Shown: positions 1 to 16,379, counted from the first letter of the stretch. The stretch: DNA of 64,000 bases from the human T2T-CHM13v2.0 reference genome, Homo sapiens (GCF_009914755.1 NC_060940.1); one strand, 5' to 3'. Made by a program: numbers and translations. The notes: generated by a model not told the origin, from the sequence alone.

Positions 1-1797
1 CTAGGTAATGAGATTCACAACTGCAACCCTTCTAAGTTAGGGGATCAGGTGAGGCTCTGGGTGAGAAAGGGCTTTGCACAATGATCTGAAGGGAGAGGGT
101 TTGGTGACAGCTGTCAGCTCATCGCTGGCTCAGTGCTGTAGCTGCAAATGCCCAGCCTTTGGAGCTACCTTGGTTCGAATCCTGATCCTGCCACTTCCTG
201 GCTGGGTCCTTCCCTCCTTGGGCCTCAGTTTTCTCATTTGCCATTTTTCACCTCCCAGGGGGTTATGAAGGTAAAAATTAAACAGCAAAATAGAGAAGGA
301 GCATGAGCCCCGAATGACACTCTCCTTCCTTTCCTGGGGACACACTCAGGTTCCTGCAGGCAGGATTCCTGCCCTCAGAGCTCGGAGCTCAGGGTCCAGG
401 GGTGGGCTGATGGAGCATGGTCCCAAATCCCTGTGTTCTCTGGCATGCAGTCAGACCAGGTCATTGGTGCCCAGGTCGCAAGGCAGGTGCAGTGGCATTG
501 CTGGGGAAGGCAGTTGGGGAGGAGGAGAGGCCATAGCAAGGGGCCCATCTGGACTTTTCCCTAGAGTAACAGGGAGCTGAGCCCACTTGGAGAATGTGCT
601 CAAGGGTGAGAGTCTGGGGCACCCCAGGAGCCAGGATGTGGCCAGCCCTGCTAGGCCTTCAGCAGGGGAGGGGAAGGCCAGGCTGCTCCTCTCTGACGTA
701 GGGGAAGCCTGGGAAATGGGAAAGCCTCGGAGGAAGGCTTCACGCTTCCACCTTTTCAGGCCCCCTCCCTGGGATGGGGAGGGAGTCTGAGCACTCTGGA
801 GACCACCCCCAGTGCAGCTGGGTCTGTGGGGCTTGAGGAAGACTGGGAGGCTTTCCAGGGGGGCCCTTCTCCATTGGGAGGCGCCTGCCTGGGGCCTGGG
901 AGGCAGATGGCATCTTGCAACCCTGCAATTAGTAAAGTAGGCAGGGGAGCCGGTGGGGGTGGGGGTGGGAGGCGGCCGGCTGAGAGCTGCAGCTGGCTTC
1001 TGGATGCTGCCGCTGCCTCCAGCCCCGCTCCGCTGGCCCAGAAGGGCTGCCTGGAGTGGCTGGAGGGCCCCAGGAAGACAAGGCAGTGGGGGCTTGGGAG
1101 GAAATACAGGGCAGCAGGGAGAGTCAGAGAGGGAATAGAATGGCACAGTCAATGTCAGTGAAGGCGGGTTTGGACAGCCCATTTGTTCCTGTCCCCATTT
1201 GACAGATAGGGAAACCAAAGCTGGGAGAGAGGCAGGAGCTCACTGGAAGACACATAGCCAATCAGAGAGCAGGCTGGGGCCAGAAGCCAGGTTTGTCTGG
1301 AGGGCTGGAGTGCAGAGGGCTCACTGCTGGACATGGATTTCTAGGCAGGAACCCCTAGGGGCTGCCTGGTAGAGTCAGGCTGGACAAAATGGCCTTGGCT
1401 GGAGAGGAAGGACAGGCCCAGGGCCCCCAGCCCTCCCACTATGGGAGAGGAGGGGCTGGGTGGTGGGGTAGTGTCTGGCTCAGCTGGTTCTCCAGCCCGT
1501 CTGGGCACTCCAGCCTGTGAGGAGAGGCACTGACACTGCTGCCCCTGGGCTGCTGTGGCTTTCGGTACCTGGGCTTGGGGGACTTCCACGTCCCCCTCCA
1601 GGAGGAAGACTTAGCTGGGCAGCAGCAAGACCCTCCTAGGACTGGCCTGGCAGTTATTGCAGTGGAGCTGGGGGTGGGGTGGGGTTCTGGTTTCAGCTTC
1701 TACCATCCCACCCATCCGTCCTTCCTCCACCCATCCTTCCACGCATCCATCAAGCTTTCCCTCCTGCCTCCCCTCTAACACTTAAAGATGCCCACTA

Positions 1798-2469
<672 letters not shown>

Positions 2470-4092
2470 TCAGCTGTGTGGCCTTGGAACAATCACTCCA
2501 TCTCTCTGAGCCCCTGGATCCTCAGCATAAAATAGGATGATGATGGTGACACCTACCGCGTGTGGCTGTTGGGAATGATCAGTGAGACGATGCCTGTGAG
2601 GCACAGTGGGGTGGGAGGGGCGCTCAACACATTCTAGCTGTTCTTGGCAGTCACCCCTGGAGTGACCAGGAGCCTGCAGGGGATCAGAGCCCGCGAGTGA
2701 CATGTGCTCTTGGCCTGGCTACATCTCATGCTGGCGGGCTCAGCACCTCCCCTCTCTCTGTTTCCTTACTTGCTCAAAGAGAAACTGGACTAAGCCCGAG
2801 GAAAAATCTTCAAATGCCTCCAAGAGTGGGGCAGTAATTTAAATGAGTGAGGGCAGTGCAGGGGAAGGCTGCAGGGAGTGGTGGGGACTGCGGTGCCCAG
2901 GGTGCCTGTGTCCCACCCCAGGGAGGAGCCTCCTCTCAGCCCAGCAGCTGTAGCCATGTGGGAGTGAGTCCACGCTGGTCAGAGATGCTAACTTCTCAAG
3001 AGAGGGAACCCCATGGCTTTGTGGGAAAACCTCCCATTACTAATGTTAGCAACGCATTAAATACTTTTTAAAGTATCAAATGAGGCAAAGCTAATGCTTC
3101 TTTGGGCAGTGGCCACCATGAACACTAGGTGACTTTCTCTGCAGGTAAGCTGGGGAGCCACAGAAGGGCTGTGAGCAGAAGCAGCACACGTTCCAGGCTG
3201 GGACCATCTCCAAGCCCTATCTGCAACCGTCCCTCCCCTCCCGAGGCCTGTTTTCTTGTGTACCATGGAGGTGGGAAGCCAGACCCTCTCCTTGCTGACA
3301 TTCTTAGGAGCAGTCTGCCTGGGAGATAGGGGCTGTAATGAGGCCCCTGCTCAGTGCTATCTCACAGGTGGTGCCAGGGAGTCTGGGGGAGCCTGGCCAC
3401 GCCAGACAGGGTCTGCTCTGTGTCTGGGAATGGCAGGTCTGGCAGGTCCAGCCGGAGGTGGCTCTTAGAGCTAGTGTCAGTGAGGGCCTGGCTCCTGCCT
3501 CCTAGCTCTTCAGGGTCAAAGGGCAGCACTTTCAGCCTTTTCTGGGACCAACTTCCTATTTGGGAGAGAAAGCAGACAGATCCCTGGCAGGAAATGACCT
3601 TCTTCTCAAAGCCCTGTTTTCCACTGGCGCTGACTTTCCACTGGCCACAAAGCAGGAGTCCCCGTGGTTGTCTCACTCAGCCTCCCCATCCCCCTCAGAG
3701 CCCAGGGGCTTTGCCATGGCAGCAAACCCACCTCGCTAACATCATTAATTTAGTGTTGGCAACAGAAAATTTTTCAGTGCCCTTATTTATTAGCGCCCAG
3801 CTGGGCTCCTGGGTCTGCCTCTCTCCTCTTCACAATCCCCAGAGCTCCTGGTGACCCTGAGACCCAGCACCAGGTGTCCCTGGTGTCCCTGGGACAGCTC
3901 TGAGCATTGTGGCCTCATGGCTCCCTCTTAACTAGGCCACACCGAGAGAAAATCATTTAGTGCAGCTCTCCCACCCCTAGCAGGCAGCCCCTTTGTCAAC
4001 CGAATTTAACTGCTCTTTGGGGCCAGGCTGGAGCCCTAGCCTCTCCTTGCACAGCCCTAAACACAGGGAGCTCACCACCTTCTTTATGCTAG

Positions 4093-4608
<516 letters not shown>

Positions 4609-5048
4609 TAAAACTGCCTGTAATTTCGCTATGTAGGGCAGGGCTGGGGGGAAAAAAAGGGTTTGTAATTTATTGTGTCCACATCTACCTCTAGGTAAAC
4701 TTCCATCAATACTTGAACTTCATCCCCTGCGCCCACCTGGCAAATCCCTCCTCTCCAGGGAAAACTTTTAGGTATTTAATATAACTAACCTTTACCGAGC
4801 TCTGGGTTAACCTATCTAATTCTTGTGACAGCTCTGAGACATCTTATAAATGAAGAAACTGAGGCTCAGAGAGGGCAAGTAACTTCCCAGAGGTTGCACA
4901 GCTAATAAGGGGCAGAGACATGAATCCATCGGGTGCCAGAACTGAAGTCTCTAGAGTAGGCATGCACTGTACTTTCTTCCTCCTCGCCACAGGAGTGGAT
5001 ACCAGACTGCTCAGCAGCTCAGATGTTTATTCATTCATTCTTTGTGGG

Positions 5049-5367
5049 GTTTTTTTTGAGACCGAGTCTTGCTCTGTTGCCCAGGCTGGAGTGCAATGGT
5101 GTGATCTCGGCTCACTGCAACTCCCACCTCCTGGCTTCAAGCGATTCTCCTGCCTCAGCCTCCTGAGTAGCTGAAATCACAGGCAATCAACACCATACCC
5201 GGCTCATTTTTGTGTTTTTTTTTTTTTTTTTTCATTTTTGTGTTTTTAGTAAAGACGGGATTTGGCCATGTTGCCCAGGCTGGTCTTGAACTCCTGGGCT
5301 CAAGCAATCTACCTGCGTTGGACTCCCAAAGTGCTGGGATTACAGGTGTGAGCCACCGTGGCTGGCC
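5049..5367 (-). mobile_element. Alu
   Basis: Antisense Alu consensus. Confidence 0.93.
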
Positions 5368-5523
5368 TCATTCATTCATTCTTTCTTCTTCACATTCACT
5401 CATTTATTAAGTTACTTGACATTCCTGAGCTCTGGTTCAGCGTCAGGTGCAGGCCGATGCCGTCCCCCACAACCCCCGCCCACATCTGCCATACTTTCAG
5501 ATGCCCCAAGAACTTGAACTTCA

Positions 5524-5529
5524 TTTATT
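5524..5529 (-). terminator. AATAAA polyadenylation signal of CCDC102A
   Basis: TTTATT on + strand, ~420 nt past the stop codon; first canonical hexamer seen in the 3' UTR. Confidence 0.7.
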
Positions 5530-5717
5530 ACAAATAACTGGGTTCACTGCATTGTATGATGAACAGCGAAGCCTAGAGAGGCAGCCCAGGGTGGGGCTCC
5601 AACAACTGCCCCCAACATGCCCAGCCCTGCATGAAGTCCTGGGTGGGTGAGGTCATCTGGACTGGGCCTTGGAGCTGTCCTGTATTTATAAAACCAAATG
5701 GGTCCAAAGACTTCTGG

Positions 5718-5758
5718 GTGTGCGCGCGCGCGCGCGCGTGTGTGTATATATATATATA
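5718..5758. repeat. Compound (TG)/(CG)8/(TG)/(TA)n microsatellite in the CCDC102A 3' UTR
   Basis: 41-bp perfectly alternating purine-pyrimidine tract. Confidence 0.95.
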
Positions 5759-5948
5759 AAACATAGGCTTCCTTTCCACAGGGCGTTGGTAGGTGGGACT
5801 GTTGACGCCATCCCTGGGAGAGAAGAAAGTCGGCTGTGGCAGGGACTGGTCCCAGAGTGAGCCTAGGCACTGCATCAGTTTGAGTGGCTGGTTAGCCTGG
5901 ACCCTGGGCAGGTATGGGGCGGCCCATCCTGCCCAGCCACAGGAAGCT

Positions 5949-6191
<243 letters not shown>

Positions 6192-7402
6192 TCATCTCCT
6201 GTAATCTCCTTATATGATAGAAGTGCCATTATCACCCCCATTTTACAAGCAAGGAAACCGAGGCACAGAAAGGTGAAGTCATTTGCTCAAAGTCACACAG
6301 ATGGTGGGGAGTGGGGCAGAGCTCTGAACTGAAGTGGGTGGTGCCAGAGCAGCTGGGCGGTTAGAGAGGTGAAGGAGCTGGCTCAAGGTCATGCTGCAGG
6401 ATTTGAACCCAAGCCTGGCTCTCAGAGCACAGGCAGCAGAGTTGGTTGGTGTGACAGTGCAGGGTGGGCTGAGCCCTCTACATTCCCAGTGTCAGTGAGA
6501 AAGGGCTCAGCCCTAGTTCTTCCTCACATTAAAATTCCTAAAGTCAAAATTTACGAGGAAAACTTTGAGTCTAAGAAGAGCTGGTGAAGGAAATGCCGAT
6601 CCCTCCCCCAACCCCCCAGCAAAGTGGCCGCCCCGGCTGCATCTTACTGGAAGACATGAATTATTAACACGTAAGGGAGGGGCACAGGCGGGGGCCTCCA
6701 TTACTGCACAGTGATTTAGTGAGCTGTCCCCGGAACATTAAAGCACAAAAAGTTGGAAAATAAAACGACACAGCGGTCCTGGGTGGCCCCACCCTCCCCG
6801 ATGGAAGCACTTGAGAGGCCCAGCAGGGCCTGCCTGCCCACTTCTGGAGTTTATGGCTCCTGAACAATGTGACCCAGACTGCGGGAAAGCCCCAAGGCTA
6901 AGTGGTCTTTTGAAGGGTGTGTGCTGCAGGGTCAGAGCAGGCAGAGCCAGCCAGGCATGGGTCCTGACTTGGGCCCACGCCTGGGCCCCTGCACAACACT
7001 TTATGGGCGTCATCCCAGGCAGATGGGGAAATCGAGGCTCAGTTTACCATGGCACAATAGCTGTTAGGTCTCTGCAGCCCATTCTCTAAGCCACAAGATC
7101 TCAGCAAACAGCAGCATATAGTAAATGCTCAATAAATAAGGGCTTGGATGGCTGATGGCCAGGGGTGATTCTGCCTGGCCACCCACCAACTGTGTGGCCA
7201 TGGAAAGACTTACCCTCTTGGGCCTTAGTTTCCTCATCTGCCAGCCCCCTAGGAAAAAACATCTTTCCTTTCTCTCATAGAAGCAGCGTGATGCTGATGC
7301 ACAACATGTAACCCAAATATAAGCCCCTCCGCAGCGGTAGTAGTAACAGTAGTAATAGCAGCAGCTGCTGACAATCACTCAGCATTTATTATGTGCCAGG
7401 TG

Positions 7403-7705
7403 TTTTCTTTCTTTTTTTCTTAGAGACGGGATCTCACTTTGTCTCCCAGGCTGGAGTACCGTGGTGTGATCACAGCTCACTACTATAGCTATGAACTCCT
7501 GAGCTCAAGTGATCCTCCTGCCTCGGTCTCCCAAGTAGCTGGAACTACAGGCACACACCACCATGCCTGGCTAAGTTTTGTATTTTTTGTAGACATGGGG
7601 GTCTTGCTTTGTTGCCCAGGGGGTCTCAAACTCCTGGTCTCAAGCAATCCTCTTGCCCTGGCCTTCCAAACTGTTGGGATTACAGGTGTGAGCTACCATG
7701 CCTCC
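7403..7705 (-). mobile_element. Alu (J-like)
   Basis: Diverged antisense Alu consensus. Confidence 0.9.
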
Positions 7706-8226
7706 AGGTACTTTCTTAAGAATGGATCAGCTCATTTAATACTCACAACAATCAAGAGGTAAGAACTATCATCATCCCCATTTTACAGATGAAGAAACTG
7801 ACACAGAGAGGTTAAATAAATGTCCCAAGGCCACACAGCTGCTAATGCTGAGCCAGGCTTCAGACCATTCAGGCAGTCTGGCTGCAGAACCGGGCACCCT
7901 CTATTCCACGAAAGAAGAGAATGCAACTAAGTGCATTCTCAGGGCCCGGCACAGGTCAATGCTGTGGCTCCGATGCTCCTTGGGCCTCCCAGCTGTGAAG
8001 TGGGAGGGACGTGGACTGAAGTTTTCTGATATCGCCTGGTTCTGTGATTCACAGAGTGCTGGGACAGAGACAGGGTTGGGAGAGGGAGGCAGAGTGTGCT
8101 GGGTGGGGCCTGTTGGCAGTGGACGGGATCCAGGCCTGGGGCCCCTCCACGAGTCCCTGCTCACCAGTCTCTCAGATCCCTGCTGTCTTGGTGTCACCTG
8201 GGCCCAGTAACGCTGAGGGCTGCCTA

Positions 8227-8685
<459 letters not shown>

Positions 8686-8854
8686 TCACCCAGGGCTGGG
8701 CAAGGCCGGCCACCCGCCCAGGGAAAACCACTCCTGCTGTTCCCTGGGAAGGTGCTCCTCCGAGAGTGTTTGCTCCTTGAGGCCTAGGCTAAGGCTTACC
8801 TCTTCTAGAAAAGCATCCCTTTGGTTCCTCTCCATCCCCTTTGCCTCCTCTTGC

Positions 8855-9671
<817 letters not shown>

Positions 9672-10549
9672 CTACAGGGCACAGGGATGGGGTGGGAGGG
9701 AGGAGGGAATCAGTATCAGCTTGGGCGCCATGCCAGGGAGTCCCACGAGGTCAGGCAGTTCTAGGGATGCTGGGTGTCTCTCCTTCCCAGAATCTCTCCA
9801 TCTGTTGTCTGAAGTATCAGCAGTAGAGGTTTGGCTGAGCAGCCAGAGGCTGGAGGTGCCTTCCAGGGAGGTGAGAAGGCTGGGTGGGTGGAACCTGTGG
9901 CTCCGGTTTGGATGTGTAACTTTCAGATGCTACTGGATCTACCCTGGAGCTGTTGGAGCAGGGTCGGGGTTTCCGGGGAAGGATGAGGTCTGGAGTCTTC
10001 AGGGGCGTATGGCATTGAAAGAGCTGGGTTGGGAATGAGCTAGGCTGGGGAATGGGTGGGTGTCTCAGAGCCCAGAGTGGCTGGGAAGAGGAAGGGCAGC
10101 CAGCAAAAGAGATGCCCACCCTGGAGCTCTGTGAGTTCTCTAAGCCTCAGTTTCCATTTCTGTAAAATGGGAATAGGCATTGCCTAAAGGTCTCTTGAGT
10201 CCATCCTTTTTGTTCCATCTCTACTGACTGCAACCTGGTCCAGGTCTCCTCCCTCTCTTGTTGTCCAGGGAATGTCAACAGCTTCCCCCCAGCCTGTCTT
10301 CCCATCCTCTGCCCACACAGCCTGCTCACACTCCCCTCCTGCTTTAAACTCTCTCGAAGAGTCCCACCACTCGTGCCTCACTTACCACATCCCCCCGCTC
10401 ACTCCCCTCCAGCACACTGGACTTGTTCCTCCAAAGCTCTGTGTCTCTTTCACCACGGACATTTATTCATGTTATTCCTAACTTCTCTCCATCCCCTCCC
10501 CTAAATCCGCACACTACCAGTTAACGGCTGCTTTTCCTGGAGAACTCAG

Positions 10550-10921
<372 letters not shown>

Positions 10922-11146
10922 TAGTATCCCCTCTTCTTGCTGGTGACCATGAAGCTGTGTGATTGGCATGAATCTGTGTGACAGAGAGAGCCATGTGTAC
11001 ATCCCCCAAGTAAGTCTTCAGCTCCATGAGGGGAAGAGGGGAGGCCACATCTGTCTGTTCAGTGCTGTGTCTCTGGCACCTAGAGTGGAGCTTGGCACAT
11101 AGTAAGTGCTCAATGAATGCGGCTACTATAATTACCAACTGGTCTA

Positions 11147-11629
<483 letters not shown>

Positions 11630-11796
11630 TCATGGTGTACAGGATGTGAGGGCGCTTCTGGCCTCTGTGTGGGAGAGAGGCCTGCCTCTTGCAGATCAGG
11701 ACACCATTGGATGTGGCTGGCCCCGCTCAGAGCACAGTCCTGGCCCCTGCCCTGTTCCCAGTGACCTGCTGATGGAGCAGGGCCCCAGGACCCCTA

Positions 11797-11973
<177 letters not shown>

Positions 11974-13140
11974 TCATGAGAACCACCAGGATATAGCCTG
12001 GAACCACCTCCGGGGGTGGGCGCCAGTGCAGGAGTGCTCAGCGTGGAGCCAAGGCAGCGCCCAAATGGGGCAGGCACCAGGTATTCCAAACAGACCTCGA
12101 ATCTGACCACTTCTGCTCCTCCCAATGTCTCTCCTCCTCATTACTGTCTAGCCTCCCAGTGTCTACTCCTGGCCCTTCTCTGTCAACCCGTTTTCTACAA
12201 CAGCAGCCCAGAGGGAGCTTTTAACAAAGATGAATGCAATCATACCACCCTCCTCCCACAAAGCCTCTGATGGCTCCCAGGTGCCTTAGGGTAAAGTCCA
12301 ACTCCTCTCTACGCTCTCACAAAGCCCTGCACGATTGGACACCTACCCGCCGCTCCCCCTTAGTTCACTGTACTCCAGGCACCAGGGACTCCTTTCTGTT
12401 CCTCAGACACACCAAGTTCCTGCCCACCACAGGGCCTTTGCACATGCGTGGATCTTTCTGAGACACTTCTTAGGACTGATTTTTCTTATTCTCAGGCCTT
12501 GACCTAAAGGCCCCCTCCTTAGGAATGCCTCTTCTGCCCACCTGGCCTGGAGGAGGGGCCTCCTCATCCCACTCCCCACTGGAAAGCTAGCCTGGGAGGA
12601 CGGGGAGCTTGTGCGTCTGTCCACCTTTGTGTCGTTGTATGGCCTGGGCACAGGGCCGCCCTCAGTGTACAGTGACTAATTCCAACACTGCTCTGCACAC
12701 AGGTGCATCGGCATTGCTTGGCGTGCATTTAAGACAATAACATTTCTTGCGGTATACAGCAAACCCCAACAAACTGCTGCTCCCTGTAACACACGGATGA
12801 GTTTTCAACACATAATGTTGAGGGAGAGACACCAGATACAAAAGAGAACCTTTATAATTTTCTACTAAATTGTACATTTGTGTTTCATTCGCTTTTCTTC
12901 GAATGATTATACTTCATAATTTGAAAAGACTAAAAGAACAGGGTCCTGGACCCAGCCCTGAAAGGTGCTGATTCAGGAGGGTGGAGGCGAGGTCTGGGAA
13001 TCTGTATTTTAGGAGATTTCCTCAGAGATTCTCATGTAAGACCAGTCTTGGTCCCCTCCAGGACAGTTTCAGGCTCTAAAGTTCTGTGATCCTCCCAGCT
13101 GCTAGAAACCCACCGATCCAGTGTGGCGTTCCCTGGGTGG

Positions 13141-13159
13141 CTGCGCCCTCTGGTGGCCA
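13141..13159 (-). promoter_or_regulatory. CTCF-binding motif in CCDC102A intron 4
   Basis: Minus strand reads TGGCCACCAGAGGGCGCAG, a near-perfect match to the CTCF core consensus. Confidence 0.7.
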
Positions 13160-13740
13160 TTGAGGCCTGCACAGGAGGCCGTAGTGGCAGCTCAGCCTGC
13201 TCTGAGCCCCCACACTGCAGTGGTGGATTCCCTTCTCTGGAGCCTCAGTTTCCCTATCTGTAAGATGGGGACATGAGGACCCAGCTCCCTGGGCTGCCAT
13301 GAGGCTTCAGTGACACCTAGTACAGATAGGAACCCAATGAATGCCACATCCAGCCTCCTCGTCTTCATCCTGGTCTACAAGGCCCCCTCCTGCGGCCTCG
13401 CCTCTCACTTCCTGCTCTCCAGCCACCTGGCCCTCCCTGTTTCCCGCACACGCTGGGCTTGTTCCTGCCTCAGGACCTTTGCACCGCTGTGCCTTCTGCC
13501 AGGAACACTCTCCCCTGTATCTTTTCAAGGACAGCTTCCTCTAGCCCCTTTAGGTCTTGCCTCAAATGCCACCTTCTTAGGCCTTCCCTGACCTACCACC
13601 CCATCTCTCTCATTCTGTTTTGACTCCTTCATAAATTATGAATCTGCCTGGTGACTGTCGGTCTCCCATGCCCACAGCCCCCACAAAGTGAGCTCCTGAA
13701 GGCAGGGACCTTGCCTGCCCAGCACTCAGAACAACTCAGA

Positions 13741-13857
13741 AAAAATAACATAACATAACATAACATAACATAACATAACATAACATAACATAAATAAAAT
13801 AAAATAAATAAAATAAAATAAAATAAATAAAAATAAATAAAATTAAAATAAAATAAA
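13741..13857. repeat. (TAACA)9 followed by (TAAAA)n pentanucleotide tract
   Basis: Read directly; abuts the 5' end of an Alu. Confidence 0.95.
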
Positions 13858-14211
<354 letters not shown>

Positions 14212-14214
14212 TCA

Positions 14215-14523
<309 letters not shown>

Positions 14524-14538
14524 CTAGAAGCACCCTGG

Positions 14539-15123
14539 CTTTGCAGTTCTCCTGGAACTGCATTCCCTATCCAAGTGCAAGTGCCCAGCTCACATTGTGG
14601 GGAGGTGGTCGGGGTTCCAGAGCACTGAGCATCCCCGGGCAAGTACCTCTCTCCTGCTGCACCTCAGGCTCATCTGAAAATGGCTCCAGGAGGTGGCGGC
14701 CCCAGCACTGGCCACTCCACTCCTTGGCCCACCTTGTTCTTCTCGAAGAGCTGTCAAAGACCACCCTGCTCCTGTCTGTTTTGTAGACTATGTTCCCGGC
14801 AAGGCTTGGTCTGAACACATGGTTCTGCAGATAGAAACACTGGAAAACACTGTCCAGTGACCCGAAGAGAGGGTTCTCTCTTGCCATCGACACTGTGTGG
14901 GATCCCTACATCCTCCCATAACCCCCACCCTGCCTTGATCTTGAATAAGGCACTGTAGGTAACAAGCATGATGCCTGGCCCTGGCAGAGTAGGTGCTCAC
15001 CAATGGCTGAGCTCAGCATCACCTTCCAGCACGCTGCCCTTCATGACCCCACACCACACTGGCCTCTCTCTCTGAAAGTGGAACACTCCATGCCTCCAAC
15101 ATGGGGTTCCCAGAGGGGACAAC
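14539..15123 (+). repeat. Left (donor) arm of 585-bp inverted repeat
   Basis: Reverse complement of 17035-17619 with about 9 mismatches; mirrored ORFs in the track (14567-14893 minus vs 17265-17591 plus). Confidence 0.97.
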
Positions 15124-15498
15124 GTCACCCTGTAGGAGGCATGTTGAAAACCCATGGCAACATTTTTGGCTATCACAATGATTAGGGGTCATTTAGTGGA
15201 CGGGGGCCAGGGTGCCTGACTCCCTGCAATGCCCTGGGCGTCCTGCCCATCAGGATGCATCCTGCATCCTACTGAATGCATGCACAGCCCACTGGACATT
15301 GCTCGGGGTAGAGATGATCTGAGCCTACAGCCTCATTCTGATTTACATTGAAACAGAAAGTAATTTTTATACTAACATACACTGAATTTTCTAGGAATGG
15401 AATCACTGTATAAACTGAAGGAAGACTGCACTTTTCTTTGTTTTTAGAGAGAGGATCTGGCTCTGTTGCTCAGGCTGGAGTGCAGATCACAGCTCACT

Positions 15499-15651
15499 CC
15501 CTGGAACTGCACTCCCTACCCAAGTGCAAGTGCCCAGCTCATATTGTGGGGAGGTGGTCAGGGCTCCAGAGCACTGGGCATCTCTGGGCAAGTACCTCCC
15601 TCCTGCTGTACCCCAGGCTCATCTCTTAAAGACTACCCTGTTCCTGTCTGT
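15499..15651 (+). repeat. Older direct partial copy (~91%) of 14551-14780 inserted in an Alu/FLAM
   Basis: Aligns to 14551-14675 + 14756-14780; flanked by TCACAGCTCACT direct repeats. Confidence 0.9.
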
Positions 15652-16082
15652 TCACAGCTCACTGCAACCTGGAACTCCTGGACTCAAGCGATCCTGCCAC
15701 CTCGAGCTCCCAAAGTACTGGGATTATAGGCATGAGCCACGGTGCCCGGCTGCACTTTGCTTTGTTCAGAACTTTACCAAAGGCTGTTCATCTCTCAAGA
15801 AAGCGCATCGCAGTGACACCACTTGTGTCTTTGAGTTGCTAAGTCTGCACACCTGCATGAGCCGCCTTTGTAGCTGTCCTGCGAGGTGACTTAAATGTGC
15901 AGATACATGTAAGCCTTCAACACAACACCTGACTCGGAGCACATGCTATGTCTTTGCTGTTATAACTATCGTCACTATCATCCCATTTAAAGACACCCAC
16001 TCTGACCACTTCACCATTTCTTCTAGAGGAGCTATGCCCAAGCACTCCCATATCACAACACGTGTATTTTAAGTTACTTTCA

Positions 16083-16379
16083 GGCTGGGCGCAGTGGCTT
16101 ACACCTGTAATCCTAGCGCTTTGGGAGGCCAAGGCAGGTGGGCTCCCTGAGCTCAGGAGTTCGAGAGCAGCCTGGGCAACATGGTGAAAACCTGTCTCTA
16201 CTAAAATACGAAGAATTAGCTGGGCGTGGTGGTGTGTGCCTGTAGTCCTAGCTACTCGGGAGGCTGACACATGAGAATTGCTTGAACCAGGGAGACAAGA
16301 GATTGTAGTGAGCTGAGATAGAGCCGCTGTACCCCAGCCTGGGCAACAGAGCGAGACTCTGTCTCCAAAAAAAAAAAAA
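16083..16379 (+). mobile_element. Alu
   Basis: Sense Alu; TSD AAGTTACTTTCA on both sides. Confidence 0.95.

Noticed and set aside
5403-5408. Second AATAAA on the minus strand
   Set aside because: Lies in an L2/MIR-like (CATT)n tail distal to the first signal; cannot be supported as the main poly(A) site
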